This document shows positions 17,660 through 27,325 of a stretch of 64,000 nucleotides of DNA, piece after piece (the first letter of the stretch is position 1; the number at the start of each line of letters is the position of its first letter). The position numbers were made by a program, and so were the translations under genes. The stretch lies in the IMG/VR virus record IMGVR_UViG_3300017917_003612, positions 1 through 64,000 of that record; one strand, written 5' to 3'. The notes beneath the pieces were generated by a model. It was not told where the DNA came from. It ran no database searches and saw only the letters and a list, made by a program, of their open reading frames with translations. Source of the stretch: a virus.

Positions 17660-18367
17660 TTAAAAAACAAGATTTTCATATTTTGTCAAATCATACTTGT
17701 TTAGATCAGTGAGAAACGGAGTTCCTACAGTTACATCTAACAAAAACAGTTCGTGAAAGCGTGGTTTAATATCAACTTGGCCTTCTGTTGTATGATTTTT
17801 GTGCTGTATGCCCATTGGTATTTTTCCAGGTTCTACATTATTTTTGCCTGGCGTACGACTCAAAAGATGATACGGAACCCAATAATGCACAGCACCATTT
17901 CCATACAGTGCAGAAAACAAACCGTAATTGGCACAATCGGGTTTGACTTGTTGCCATGTACCTTTCTTGGCAACTTGAAGCACGTTTTTTACAAACGGTA
18001 TATTAGTTGCCCGCTCGGCCCAAGTAAGAGCATATCCTCTTTTGTCAATTTGCTTTTTGCTGTCTGGGGTCATCACTGTAAAAAATTTTATTTCAACAAG
18101 ATCACCATGAAGCTTGCTGGCAATACTATTATCTAGTACAGCGTCATGGTTGGCATTACGTTTGGGTAACAGTTGTGGACAACTTGCACGAAATTCGTTC
18201 TCCCAGTCATCGCCACGATGTTTAGAAATACCTTCTTTGAACCATTTCTGCATATTTTCAGGAAACCCATAAGTATCAGTCCATCGGGCAACTGCCACTT
18301 GGTTCTGAAAGTCTCGGAACGTTTGGGTATCCATGGCTACAATATCGGCTGTGGTAAATGTTTTCAC
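17660..18367 (-). CDS. Putative type II restriction endonuclease (PD-(D/E)xK-like)
   Basis: G..WENE, HDA..., VEIK; immediately upstream of the MTase; GTG start with GGAG. Confidence 0.55.
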   Translation of the reverse strand: MKTFTTADIVAMDTQTFRDFQNQVAVARWTDTYGFPENMQKWFKEGISKHRGDDWENEFRASCPQLLPKRNANHDAVLDNSIASKLHGDLVEIKFFTVMTPDSKKQIDKRGYALTWAERATNIPFVKNVLQVAKKGTWQQVKPDCANYGLFSALYGNGAVHYWVPYHLLSRTPGKNNVEPGKIPMGIQHKNHTTEGQVDIKPRFHELFLLDVTVGTPFLTDLNKYDLTKYENLVF

Positions 18368-18540
18368 TGGCAATCTCCAAAATCTGCAGAATCCATTTGC
18401 TCTTGCCAATAGGCGCGAGCTTCTGCCTCGTGGTCGAAAGATTCCAACACATTCATACCACCAAGCGGATGCGGAAACCACACGTGCCACTCACCCGTGT
18501 CTTGATCGTGCGTACAATACAGTTCAATTGGTTCAGGCAT
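18364..18540 (-). CDS. Small acidic protein, 58 aa
   Basis: MPEPIELYCTHDQ...; GTGA overlap with the nuclease start. Confidence 0.6.
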   Translation of the reverse strand: MPEPIELYCTHDQDTGEWHVWFPHPLGGMNVLESFDHEAEARAYWQEQMDSADFGDCQ

Positions 18541-18571
18541 AATTTAATTCTGTTATGTAAATGTAGTGTTC

Positions 18572-18600
18572 AGTATAACAAAATTGGTAAGTTTTGTCAA
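18572..18600 (-). promoter_or_regulatory. Sigma70-type promoter TTGACA-N17-TATACT
   Basis: Consensus spacing upstream of the R-M operon. Confidence 0.75.
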
Positions 18601-18768
18601 CTTGATAAATCGAAAAGCTAGAATAAAATGTTAGGTATCATTGTCTTCTTTTATCCATTCGTAGTATATCAACCACAATGCCACTGATATACTACCAACA
18701 AGCAACACACCCAACAAAAATCCGATGATAAAATAGAGGTAATTTATTTCATCCATGCCCTATTTAGC

Positions 18769-18790
18769 AAAAAAGCCCGCCAAAGCGGGC
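18769..18790 (-). terminator. Intrinsic terminator
   Basis: GCCCGC-4nt-GCGGGC plus U6. Confidence 0.8.
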
Positions 18791-18810
18791 CTTTCTGTCA
18801 CCATACAACT

Positions 18811-19134
18811 TTAGGCAGGTTGCTTGTTGCTAGCGCGGGCCTTGATAGCGTCCATGCTGGGCTTGGCACTTTTGACTTTGACAACCGGTGCTGCATTGTA
18901 CTTGGCGTCGGCTGCATCAATAGCAGCAGCAAACTCGGGATTCTTGTACAGATCCGTTGTTTTAAGATGCGTGACCAGCTCGCCCTTGGTCATTGCACGA
19001 GGCAGTTCGACCAAGTTGATGTCGGTGTCAGTCTTGGCAAGGATCTTGACACGAGTCATGTCGCCAGCGAAACGAACCTTGTACTGGCCTTTAGTTTTAG
19101 AAACACCACCTACCATAAAAGTTTTGTCAGTCAT
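18811..19134 (-). CDS. Hypothetical phage protein
   Basis: Own promoter (TTGACC-N17-TACAAT at 19221-19193), RBS and terminator. Confidence 0.7.
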   Translation of the reverse strand: MTDKTFMVGGVSKTKGQYKVRFAGDMTRVKILAKTDTDINLVELPRAMTKGELVTHLKTTDLYKNPEFAAAIDAADAKYNAAPVVKVKSAKPSMDAIKARASNKQPA

Positions 19135-20111
19135 TTGTTACTCTCCACAAGTAAAGTTGAAAATTTAGATTACTGTTTGTAACCATACTACTATTGTACT
19201 GCCTTTCGAACTACAGGTCAACCTGTTTTTGGTCGGCAGTTTAACCAAAATCATTTACTCAATTCAGTTGCGGTTTCTTTGGTTTTGACCACAGCCTTGT
19301 CCAGCATATGTGCAATCCCACTAAAGCCAACAGTGGCCACAATGATACCAAAAACGGTTCCGTAAATAAAGGTTCTCATTCTGCGTTCTCCTTGGGCGGT
19401 TTAGCTGGGCGGGCAATCATGTGCAATCGATTGGCACAATCTCTAATGTCATCACTGAGCAATCCGCGTCCGATCTTCTGTTCAATCATGCGGGCAATGT
19501 TGTGAAGTGTAATCACTGCATCAGCCATTTGATCGTCTTGCATACTGTTCTCCGATTATAACAAATTCATTCTTTTGAGTCAACCGTTTCAGCGGTTTTA
19601 ACTACGGGTCGCTTCTTGTTGTACTTCAAACACCACATGCACCGGGTGCTTTCTACTCCGTAGAAGTAGTGATTTACATCATAATGTCGTTGGTCACATA
19701 CCGAGCAAACAAATTGCTGCATGTCAGGACCATCTGGTCCATCAGCAGCTATTGTTTGAAGCGGACCAAGTTCACTTGTGACTGGTTGCATTAGTTGTAA
19801 CCAACTTCAAAGTTTTCGGGTTCCAACATATCAGCCTCAAGCACAGCGTCTTGATAGCTAGTGGCATTCAACATGATGGTTTGTCCATTAAAATACGATG
19901 CCATGTATCCACCTGAAGATGGGTCGTAATCAATACTAATAAGAAAATTACTCATCCATAGTCTCCTTGTCATTGTAAAAAAATGCTGCACCAAGTTGAG
20001 TCTCTAACACATCAGCTCTAGTAGGATAATCTACTACTAGAATCTGTGCCAGTTGCTGCAGGCTTTGATTGGATAGCAGAGCTAATTCGTTTGCAATAAC
20101 TTCAAGTCGGT

Positions 20112-20288
20112 TCATAGTTCGTCCACGTTGATGTCAGTAATATCTTTGGGTTTGGTTTGAGGACGACCCCAGGCGCTTGCACCTGCATCGGGTGAACTTT
20201 TACCAGTAGGAATTTGTTGAATCTCGCCGCCGTTGGCAAGAAATTCTGCAACAGCTCGTTCGTATTCTGCTTTGGCTTCTTTAGTCAA
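20112..20288 (-). CDS. Small protein with a SutA-like RNAP-binding motif, 58 aa
   Basis: AVAEFLANGGEIQQIPTG; TTG start behind GGAG; translated by hand. Confidence 0.5.
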   Translation of the reverse strand: MTKEAKAEYERAVAEFLANGGEIQQIPTGKSSPDAGASAWGRPQTKPKDITDINVDEL

Positions 20289-21029
20289 TTATACACTCCC
20301 ATAATATTCTGCATCCAGATCGGCTGCAATGTCTGCATAAGTATACACATCATCATCAATTTGGTCAAGTATAGCCAACACCTGCGGAACACTAAGTCCC
20401 ACACGATCTGCTATCTCGGGCAAAGGTACGCCATCAAAATCCAGTTCACAAATTTCCAGTTCCAAGTTCTTAAAGTATCCCATAATCAACCCCAATCCTT
20501 TCTATCTCCAGATTTTTCGTTTTCCTCGTAACCGGCCAGGTATTCTTCACGTTCGGCATCTGTAAGTTTAGTTATCTTTTGACCATGCCCAGTACCATTG
20601 GGCCACCAGTGCGGACTAGGACCACGACCATAATAACTATCTGCCGAGCCACGATCATACAAACTACCATGACGGGCCCGATCAAATTGCGGAAGATCTT
20701 TGAGTATATCAAACACTCGTTGTTTTTCTGCTTGCATGTTATTCTCCTTGATTAGGCTTTAGGAGCCACTGTACGAATATTGGTACTTACACAACGGATT
20801 GGATTGATGTACCCAAGTCGCTTGGCAATCTTACGTGCCTCATCCACAATTGGTAGAATAGATTCACGGCGACCCAGCATGTGATAACCCACATAGCGTT
20901 TGGTGGTTTCATCTACACCCATGCCGGCGGGCACGTCTGTATAGGTGCTCACCACACAGCCATTTTTTTGTGCAATGGCTTGATTGATTACGGCACGAAT
21001 CTGTTTGGTATTTGCTAACATGTTTTTGG

Positions 21030-21084
21030 CTCCTTATCAGTTACTGTACCATTATTATAACAAAATGGGTATTTTTGAGCAACC
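21030..21084 (-). repeat. Early promoter-RBS cassette, copy 1 (TTGCTC-N17-TATAAT...AAGGAG)
   Basis: Shares CCCATTTTG spacer and ACAGTAACT.ATAAGGAG leader with the other copies. Confidence 0.75.
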
Positions 21085-21423
21085 ATTATTTTTTGGGGAT
21101 GCGATAAATGATGCCCTGGGCTGTTGTTCTTTTAACAACACCCGCAGCGGCCCATTCAGTTTCCATCAGCGCAAGATTTTTGCGGTCTACTATAGCAGGA
21201 CGATCCAGCTTGATGGCAATAAAGCGATCGCGGTAGTTGACATGAAAGGCTCTAGCCGAATACATCATTTCCAACACCAGTTTCATGCGCTCGGCAGCAA
21301 CCTTCTGCCGTTCGGTATAGTGAGTGCTAGCAGCATACGAGCGTTGAGCTGCATCACGAGCAGCGGCATAAGCAAAATAACCGGCGTTTTTAGATTCTAG
21401 TTCGCGTTCTTGCATTTTGGCTA

Positions 21424-21492
21424 CTCCTTATTAAATACTATACCAATATTATAGCAAAATGGGCCTTTTTGGTCTACCAAAATAAAATGTTG
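21424..21492 (-). repeat. Early promoter-RBS cassette, copy 2 (TAGACC-N17-TATAAT)
   Basis: Near-identical to 25027-25096 across the promoter and upstream flank. Confidence 0.8.
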
Positions 21493-21532
21493 TTTTTTTG
21501 CAACAAAAAGTTGCTAATTCAGCAACAGTTGC

Positions 21533-21934
21533 TTAGTTAGCAACCAAGCCTAGTTTACGCAATTCTACTGCAAAAGTGGGTCTGATATTAGGGTCTACTT
21601 CAAGTATTTCAGAACCGGCCATGTCCAATCTATCAGCAATGTCTTTGGCTTCTTTTAGCCCAAGCCGTCTGCGATCGTAGGTGCGTATGCATTTGATTAC
21701 AGCAATTTTGTCTGACATCTTGCTCACAAACGGATTCTTGACATGTATCTTGTCTCTACGATAGTTGCCGGTCAGCATGGCCATAAACACCTCACCTTTA
21801 AGTTCAGGATCGATGGTATCTGCGATTGTGGTCCACAGTTCCATGCCCTTGTCTGCACCATAGATGTCGGCAATGGTCTGCATGAATCCAATGCCGGCAC
21901 CCACTAGGTCTTCTCGATGTTTTTCAGGTAGCAT
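21533..21934 (-). CDS. Protein with a C-terminal ribosomal bL12 (L7/L12) CTD-like domain
   Basis: KIAVIKCIR...LGLKEAKDIAD. Confidence 0.65.
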   Translation of the reverse strand: MLPEKHREDLVGAGIGFMQTIADIYGADKGMELWTTIADTIDPELKGEVFMAMLTGNYRRDKIHVKNPFVSKMSDKIAVIKCIRTYDRRRLGLKEAKDIADRLDMAGSEILEVDPNIRPTFAVELRKLGLVAN

Positions 21935-22206
21935 TACTTGGGTATATTATAATCTCTATCGTATTGAGATGTTACGCTCCAGTGTGCTTCTGGTCCTGGA
22001 TATTTTATATTACTCTCTACTGGCAAGCCAAATCGTTTTAGAATATTTTTACGATCCGCTTGCGAACCACAGCATTGAGCACATTCCTGCACAATCAATT
22101 CGCACAGGCGCAGGATGGCTTCGTGGTCATACGTGTCCATTTGATCCCAACATCCTTGTGCGGTGATACCGGCTTCATACATCAAGTTGTCAAAATGTTC
22201 GTTCAT
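21934..22206 (-). CDS. Phage hypothetical, ELIVxEC...FG family
   Basis: Similar to 22924..23184 and 23788..24021. Confidence 0.65.
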   Translation of the reverse strand: MNEHFDNLMYEAGITAQGCWDQMDTYDHEAILRLCELIVQECAQCCGSQADRKNILKRFGLPVESNIKYPGPEAHWSVTSQYDRDYNIPK

Positions 22207-22367
22207 AATTTTTTCTTTACACAAAAGGTTTGAATTTCAGGTTGCCGTTGTTGAACAAATTCGGCCTGCTTGAGGCAGGCTGCTTGACCTACAGTCTCCA
22301 AGTAGGGATCATATAGTATTCGATTGGGACCAAGCACTGTTATAACCACAAGGATCCAAATATCCAT
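22203..22367 (-). CDS. Two-Cys small membrane protein, 54 aa
   Basis: MDIWILVVITVL...AAC..QA...TFCV; coupled to neighbours on both sides. Confidence 0.6.
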   Translation of the reverse strand: MDIWILVVITVLGPNRILYDPYLETVGQAACLKQAEFVQQRQPEIQTFCVKKKL

Positions 22368-22927
22368 TAGTTTTTGTAATACAAATCAACGCGACGATTC
22401 TGCGCCCAGGCAGCTTCATTGGATCCTACTGCTCGAGGTTTTTCACTGCCATACGAATAAGCTTCTACTTGATTTTGTCTGGCGCCGTAAAATATCAACA
22501 ACATTCGTACTGCATTGGCTCTGCGTTGACCCAATGCCAGATTGTACTCGGCGCCACCTCGTTCGTCTGTGTGTCCTTCAACGAAAACCAATTGATCAGG
22601 ATTTTTTAAAAGAAATTCTGCATGCTGTTTGATTACGGGTACAAAATTATCTTTCACTGTGTATTCGTCGAGATCAAAATACACACTGCTATTTTCAAAC
22701 AAAGTATTTGGATCTACATTGTCTATTTTCTTGCGTGTTATTTGTGCGTCAGGATTGGCCACTTGGTCTACTATCACTGTTGCAGCATCAGTGGTGTTAG
22801 ACTTGGTTGTAGTTCTATTGCTTTTGTTTTCAACTGGTGGCTGATCTTTTGAGTTGGCAGTATCTTGCAAACTGGTCATAGAACAGGCCGCAAGAGATAA
22901 AACTATGGTATATGGCAAAATTTTCAT
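22367..22927 (-). CDS. pal: Peptidoglycan-associated lipoprotein Pal (OmpA-like domain)
   Basis: LAAC lipobox; VYFD.D, EGHTDERG..EYNLALGQRRA, SYG.EKP, NRR. Confidence 0.9.
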   Translation of the reverse strand: MKILPYTIVLSLAACSMTSLQDTANSKDQPPVENKSNRTTTKSNTTDAATVIVDQVANPDAQITRKKIDNVDPNTLFENSSVYFDLDEYTVKDNFVPVIKQHAEFLLKNPDQLVFVEGHTDERGGAEYNLALGQRRANAVRMLLIFYGARQNQVEAYSYGSEKPRAVGSNEAAWAQNRRVDLYYKN

Positions 22928-25381
22928 TCTTCAACTCCAAAATGTTCTTTGATATTATCAATACACTCATCGGCACCAACAATATCAACTTGATCGCAAA
23001 GTCGGATACATTCCCGAACAATCAACTCGGCGAATTTACGACCAGTTCCGCGCCAGATATCGCTATGATACACATTAAAATTAGCCTCAGCGGCCAATTG
23101 TTCAAAAGGGTCAGTGGGGTCTTTGACCAGCACACTCCGATATGCTTGATCAAATTCTGGAAAGTCGCTAGTGGGTTTTGTCACTGTGAGCTATATCCTA
23201 CCAAGGCAATTGAAAAGTAAAGACCAAAGAGAAAACATAGTACCGCGACACCATACAACCGAACAGGATTAGGTCTATGTTCCGCACGATTGGTCAGTAT
23301 AGCACTAGTCAGCATGCCACTCATAAAGAAATGAAATGATACAAATATAATATAAAAGGCAGTCATTATCTTGAAAGAATCCTAGCAAGTTCACCGTGGA
23401 GTTCTGCTACTTCATCGTTGGGTACATAAAAGTCTGTGAGTGGATCCCAATACGAGCCTTCACGTGCATCGTAGTATAGCACACGACCTGTGGCAAAGTA
23501 AAATGGTCCTTCAAGGCCTTTACGTGGTTGCCAACGATTATTGCGTTCTCCAATTATAGCATAAGCCATAATACCCTCCTAAGGTTTTTCTGTGGGAATC
23601 ATTTTCATAAAACTCTGCATCATGTTCTGTGCCCGTACCATACTTTCTTCTTGCGATTCTTGTCTGACGCATCCGGCTTTGATTTCTTGCCGCTGAAATT
23701 CTCTAGCGGCAGATTGACAGTCAGATAGATTGTTATAAGAACCAAAATTTTGGGCTCCTGTAGCCGTGATGAGCAATAGTGTATAAATCATGATTCAAAT
23801 CCAAAGTGTTGTTCAATTGCTAACTTGTGTACATGAGCGGGTTTGGCGTAAAAGAAACCCGCTGGTATTCTTTCTTGTTCATGTAATACTGTAACACATT
23901 CTGCGATTATCAGTCTACCTAAAATCGCATTGTACTGTTCAATCCAGGCATCTACACCCAAGCCCGCAGGCACTTGGGTCTTGGCCTGCGCGGCCAACTT
24001 TTGAATAAGGTCAGACATCAATCCAACCTTGATCCAGCATAAGCTTCAAATCCATGCTTACGGAACACATCCGCAGCAGCCCTGGCACCAGTTTCCAGTG
24101 TATCAATATTCTGTACCGGATACCCTGCCGGGTTCCAAAGTTGGAATGTGCGGGTGTAGTCTTGACGCACACCTGCAGCTTTTAACATACGGCCCAGGCG
24201 ACTATTGCCTTTGACCTTGTAAATATTGGTCCATGCAAAGCCACACGCATATTGATCCACGCCGCCCAGCTTGACACGGAAGAATTCATCCGCAGCCGCA
24301 TAGGCAGCATCACGGGCTTCACGCACAATAGCGTCAATTTGATCTTGGGTAAAGTCCATTATATCGCTCCTGCTGCTTCTGCAGCCAATTTTTTAATTGC
24401 ACGACCTGCAGCCTCACGACTGTTAGTAAATGCGTAATCATCGCTTAGACTGTTGAAGCCGTGATATAGTTCCCATTCGCCGTTCACTAGCCATTCAACC
24501 TTGACATCGTAGGCGGTATCAAACGGTGAGCCATCGTGTACAATACGTACCCGACCAAAATCATGTGCTACTCTCATGCTGCCTCCTTGAGTGCTTGGCG
24601 AACATCACGATAACCTACCTGCATTTCGCAGGCGATATAATCTACAGTCTCCGGCGAACGGCCTTTTGGATCACCCAAAAGTTCGGCCAATGCTTTCACC
24701 TGTTCGTTAAAGTTTTTCATATTAGGCGCTCCAAAAAGTTTCGCTTGAAGGTGAGCAGAAGTATGGAGTGTCATATCGCTCTTGAAACTCTTTACCAGTC
24801 ACCAAATTCTTGCGAGTTGTATAAGTTTCGTACACATGGGCAACGAAGCCTTCAGTACGGAAGCTTTCGGCTACATTCCAAACGGTACTGTAATTACAAT
24901 TCAAATCAACAACCTTGACAAAACGCAGGCCTTTCTTGTTGCGACCAAAACGCTCGTCTTTGCGTATACGCTTGTCGGCCTTGTAAACTTCAACGGTGTA
25001 TGCGGTAGTTTTGCTCATTTGTTACGCTCCTTATTAGTTACTGTACACATAGTATAGCAAAATGGGCTATTATGGTCTACCAAAATAAAATGTTGCTTAT
25101 TCAGCAATACTTAGCATACTAGCAGGCACGTTCCAGGTAGTTAAACCTTGGCGTACCTTGATGTTTTTAATTGCAATTTTAACAACATTGCCCTGGTGTG
25201 TACACCCAGTCTTGGGATGTGTAAATTTAACAACATCGCCCAGCCTGAGCGATTGTTTAGTTTCTTTTACAATTTGCCCACGACGATACTTGATTGCACT
25301 GGCAATTGACGCCAGTTGCTCATTTGTAAACGAACCAAACATAATTGCTGAATTTACATCCTGGATAGAAAGTTGCGACAT
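22924..25381 (-). other. Run of small early hypothetical ORFs (22924-23184, 23181-23366, 23366-23569, 23579-23791, 23788-24021, 24018-24359, 24359-24577, 24722-25018, 25097-25381)
   Basis: ATGA/TAATG overlaps, RBSs, upstream promoter cassettes. Confidence 0.7.
25027..25096 (-). repeat. Early promoter-RBS cassette, copy 3 (TAGACC-N17-TATACT)
   Basis: Same geometry and spacer as copies 1 and 2. Confidence 0.8.
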
Positions 25382-25387
25382 TGCTAA

Positions 25388-25440
25388 CTCCTAATTAGTT
25401 ACAGTAGCTAGAGTATAGCAAAATGGCTAAATTAGGTCAA
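25388..25440 (-). repeat. Early promoter-RBS cassette, copy 4 (TTGACC-N17-TATACT)
   Basis: Same 24-nt offset between RBS and -10. Confidence 0.75.
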
Positions 25441-25447
25441 TGGTTGC

Positions 25448-26944
25448 TTAAATGTTAAGTTTTTTAAGTTTGTATGTTGAAATTATTTTTCGTCTAAATT
25501 GTTCAACTTTGTTACGCTCACCTTGGGTGTAAGGTGTTGCAAAACCTTTATCTAATGTTCGTCCTTCATATATATAATCATCTAATGTAAGATTGCCTGG
25601 ATTGTTGCAAGGAAACTTTTTTGGAATAAACTCGTTGACCAATCTATCTACCTGTTCATAATTAAGAAAATCATTCTCCCAATTTACCAAAGTTGGTTTG
25701 TATAATTTGTTAGAACGTCTGTAACCATATTTTGTATAATCTCTACCAAAATCAGACATGGAATTGTCTAATCCGTGTGAAATGTCGTTTTGATCAGGAA
25801 TGCTCAGAGAAAACCAAACATGGTGTTGATCACTCCAATTTTGCTTTAACCATGTCAGACTTTGATTGATAGTTTGCAAAGTTTCATAAGGTAGCCCTGC
25901 AATCATTGAAATAGTTCCTCTGTATCTGCGGTTGTTTGTTTTGAGAAAATATTCTTTTATTTCAATCAAACCTTCTTTTAATTTTTGGCTGTCTATGCCT
26001 TTGCCTATAGTTTTTGCACTTTGGTGATTAAAACTTTCAATGCCATAATAGTGCCCTCCAAAATTCATTCTAGCTAGATGAATTCTATCTTCGGGACGAT
26101 TTAATAATAAATCGGCTCGTATAAAACCGGAAAAAAAAGGTTGAAAAGACAATTGTTCAACAACATCACCATACTTTGCTATTTTTTCAAAACTATCATT
26201 AAAAGTTTCATCCACTACATAGTAGTTTTGTATACCAAATTTGTCATAGTTGTAATTTATGCTTCGTTTAAAGTCTTCTACGTCTTGTGTGTAATCTCCT
26301 TGTACGCCCAAAACTGGATAATAACAAAATTTACATTTAAAAATACAACCTCTACTTAGCTCAATGTGTCCCCATTCCTCAGGTAAAATAAAATCCCTAT
26401 CTTCAAAATCAATTGACATTTTGGGCTGAGGAAATGATTTGTCTGTTACATTGGCCGAAATAACCTTTTTACCAATATGTTTTAAATCAAACTGTAATTT
26501 GTGTTTTGACCCATTGCCTGTGACAAACTTTAACAAGTGAACAATAGCCGACTCGCCGTACCCGGTAATATGATAATCTATATTTTTTGAATTTACATTG
26601 GGATAAGTTCCTCCTCCCCAAATAGTAACAACGTTTGGCCACTTGGATTTGAACCAATTTAAAAAGTGATCTATATTCAAAGGCCATGATTGAAATATAC
26701 AACTGAATGCAATAAATTTAGTTTTATTACTAACTCGTTGTAGACTTATTTCTTTTAGTTCTTCGTAAGTAAATTCTGCCGCAAAATCAACTACTTCAAC
26801 ATCCCAATCCAATGATCGTAAATGATTGGCAATACGATGACCGCCGGCTCGTCGTCGGTGGTATTTGTTGTCTTGATCCGGTGTGCTAGGATAAGAATTG
26901 TGTTGATAGACCTGGAATATAATTCCATGGAAAGAGTTTGACAT
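25448..26944 (-). CDS. Radical SAM protein with N-terminal B12-binding-like domain
   Basis: IANHLR...VEVVD, WGG, GYGE, SRGCIFKCKFC, DETFN, GIES, GLPYET. Confidence 0.85.
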   Translation of the reverse strand: MSNSFHGIIFQVYQHNSYPSTPDQDNKYHRRRAGGHRIANHLRSLDWDVEVVDFAAEFTYEELKEISLQRVSNKTKFIAFSCIFQSWPLNIDHFLNWFKSKWPNVVTIWGGGTYPNVNSKNIDYHITGYGESAIVHLLKFVTGNGSKHKLQFDLKHIGKKVISANVTDKSFPQPKMSIDFEDRDFILPEEWGHIELSRGCIFKCKFCYYPVLGVQGDYTQDVEDFKRSINYNYDKFGIQNYYVVDETFNDSFEKIAKYGDVVEQLSFQPFFSGFIRADLLLNRPEDRIHLARMNFGGHYYGIESFNHQSAKTIGKGIDSQKLKEGLIEIKEYFLKTNNRRYRGTISMIAGLPYETLQTINQSLTWLKQNWSDQHHVWFSLSIPDQNDISHGLDNSMSDFGRDYTKYGYRRSNKLYKPTLVNWENDFLNYEQVDRLVNEFIPKKFPCNNPGNLTLDDYIYEGRTLDKGFATPYTQGERNKVEQFRRKIISTYKLKKLNI

Positions 26945-26956
26945 TTTTTTTAGATT

Positions 26957-27322
26957 TTATACTGCAATTTTGCGCTGAGATCCGCGTCGCATCTCACCGC
27001 GCATGATTGTTGTTGCTACCAATATACCTTCACTTTTTATAAAAGGCACAGTTACATCGGTTTCAAGATCAACCACTTGAATACTACTACCATCGGCCAA
27101 GTCTAGTAGAACATTTTTCTTTTTTAAAAGCAGCTTGGAGAAAAAATTTGCAACTTCTTGTAAACTTATAATTGGCGTATTTCTAGGATTAGAAATTTGA
27201 TCAACAAAATGTGTAGTAATTTTTAAAGGTATACCTTCGGGCCGAAATCTACTGTTTAACGCATCACTATAATGACGAGCCAATTGAGTATTGTTTTCCA
27301 CAATAAAATTACCGGCTCGCAT
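26957..27322 (-). CDS. Putative capsid-targeted protein (MRAGNFIVE)
   Basis: N-terminal motif like the 29-37 kb array; THF.D.I..PRN domain. Confidence 0.55.
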   Translation of the reverse strand: MRAGNFIVENNTQLARHYSDALNSRFRPEGIPLKITTHFVDQISNPRNTPIISLQEVANFFSKLLLKKKNVLLDLADGSSIQVVDLETDVTVPFIKSEGILVATTIMRGEMRRGSQRKIAV

Positions 27323-27325
27323 TTC

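Larger units (their letters stand above)
19254..21415 (-). other. Run of small, closely coupled early hypothetical ORFs (incl. 19567-19791, 19791-19955, 20289-20495, 20486-20737, 20752-21021, 21086-21415)
   Basis: Tight start/stop overlaps and GGAG RBSs behind early promoters. Confidence 0.65.
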
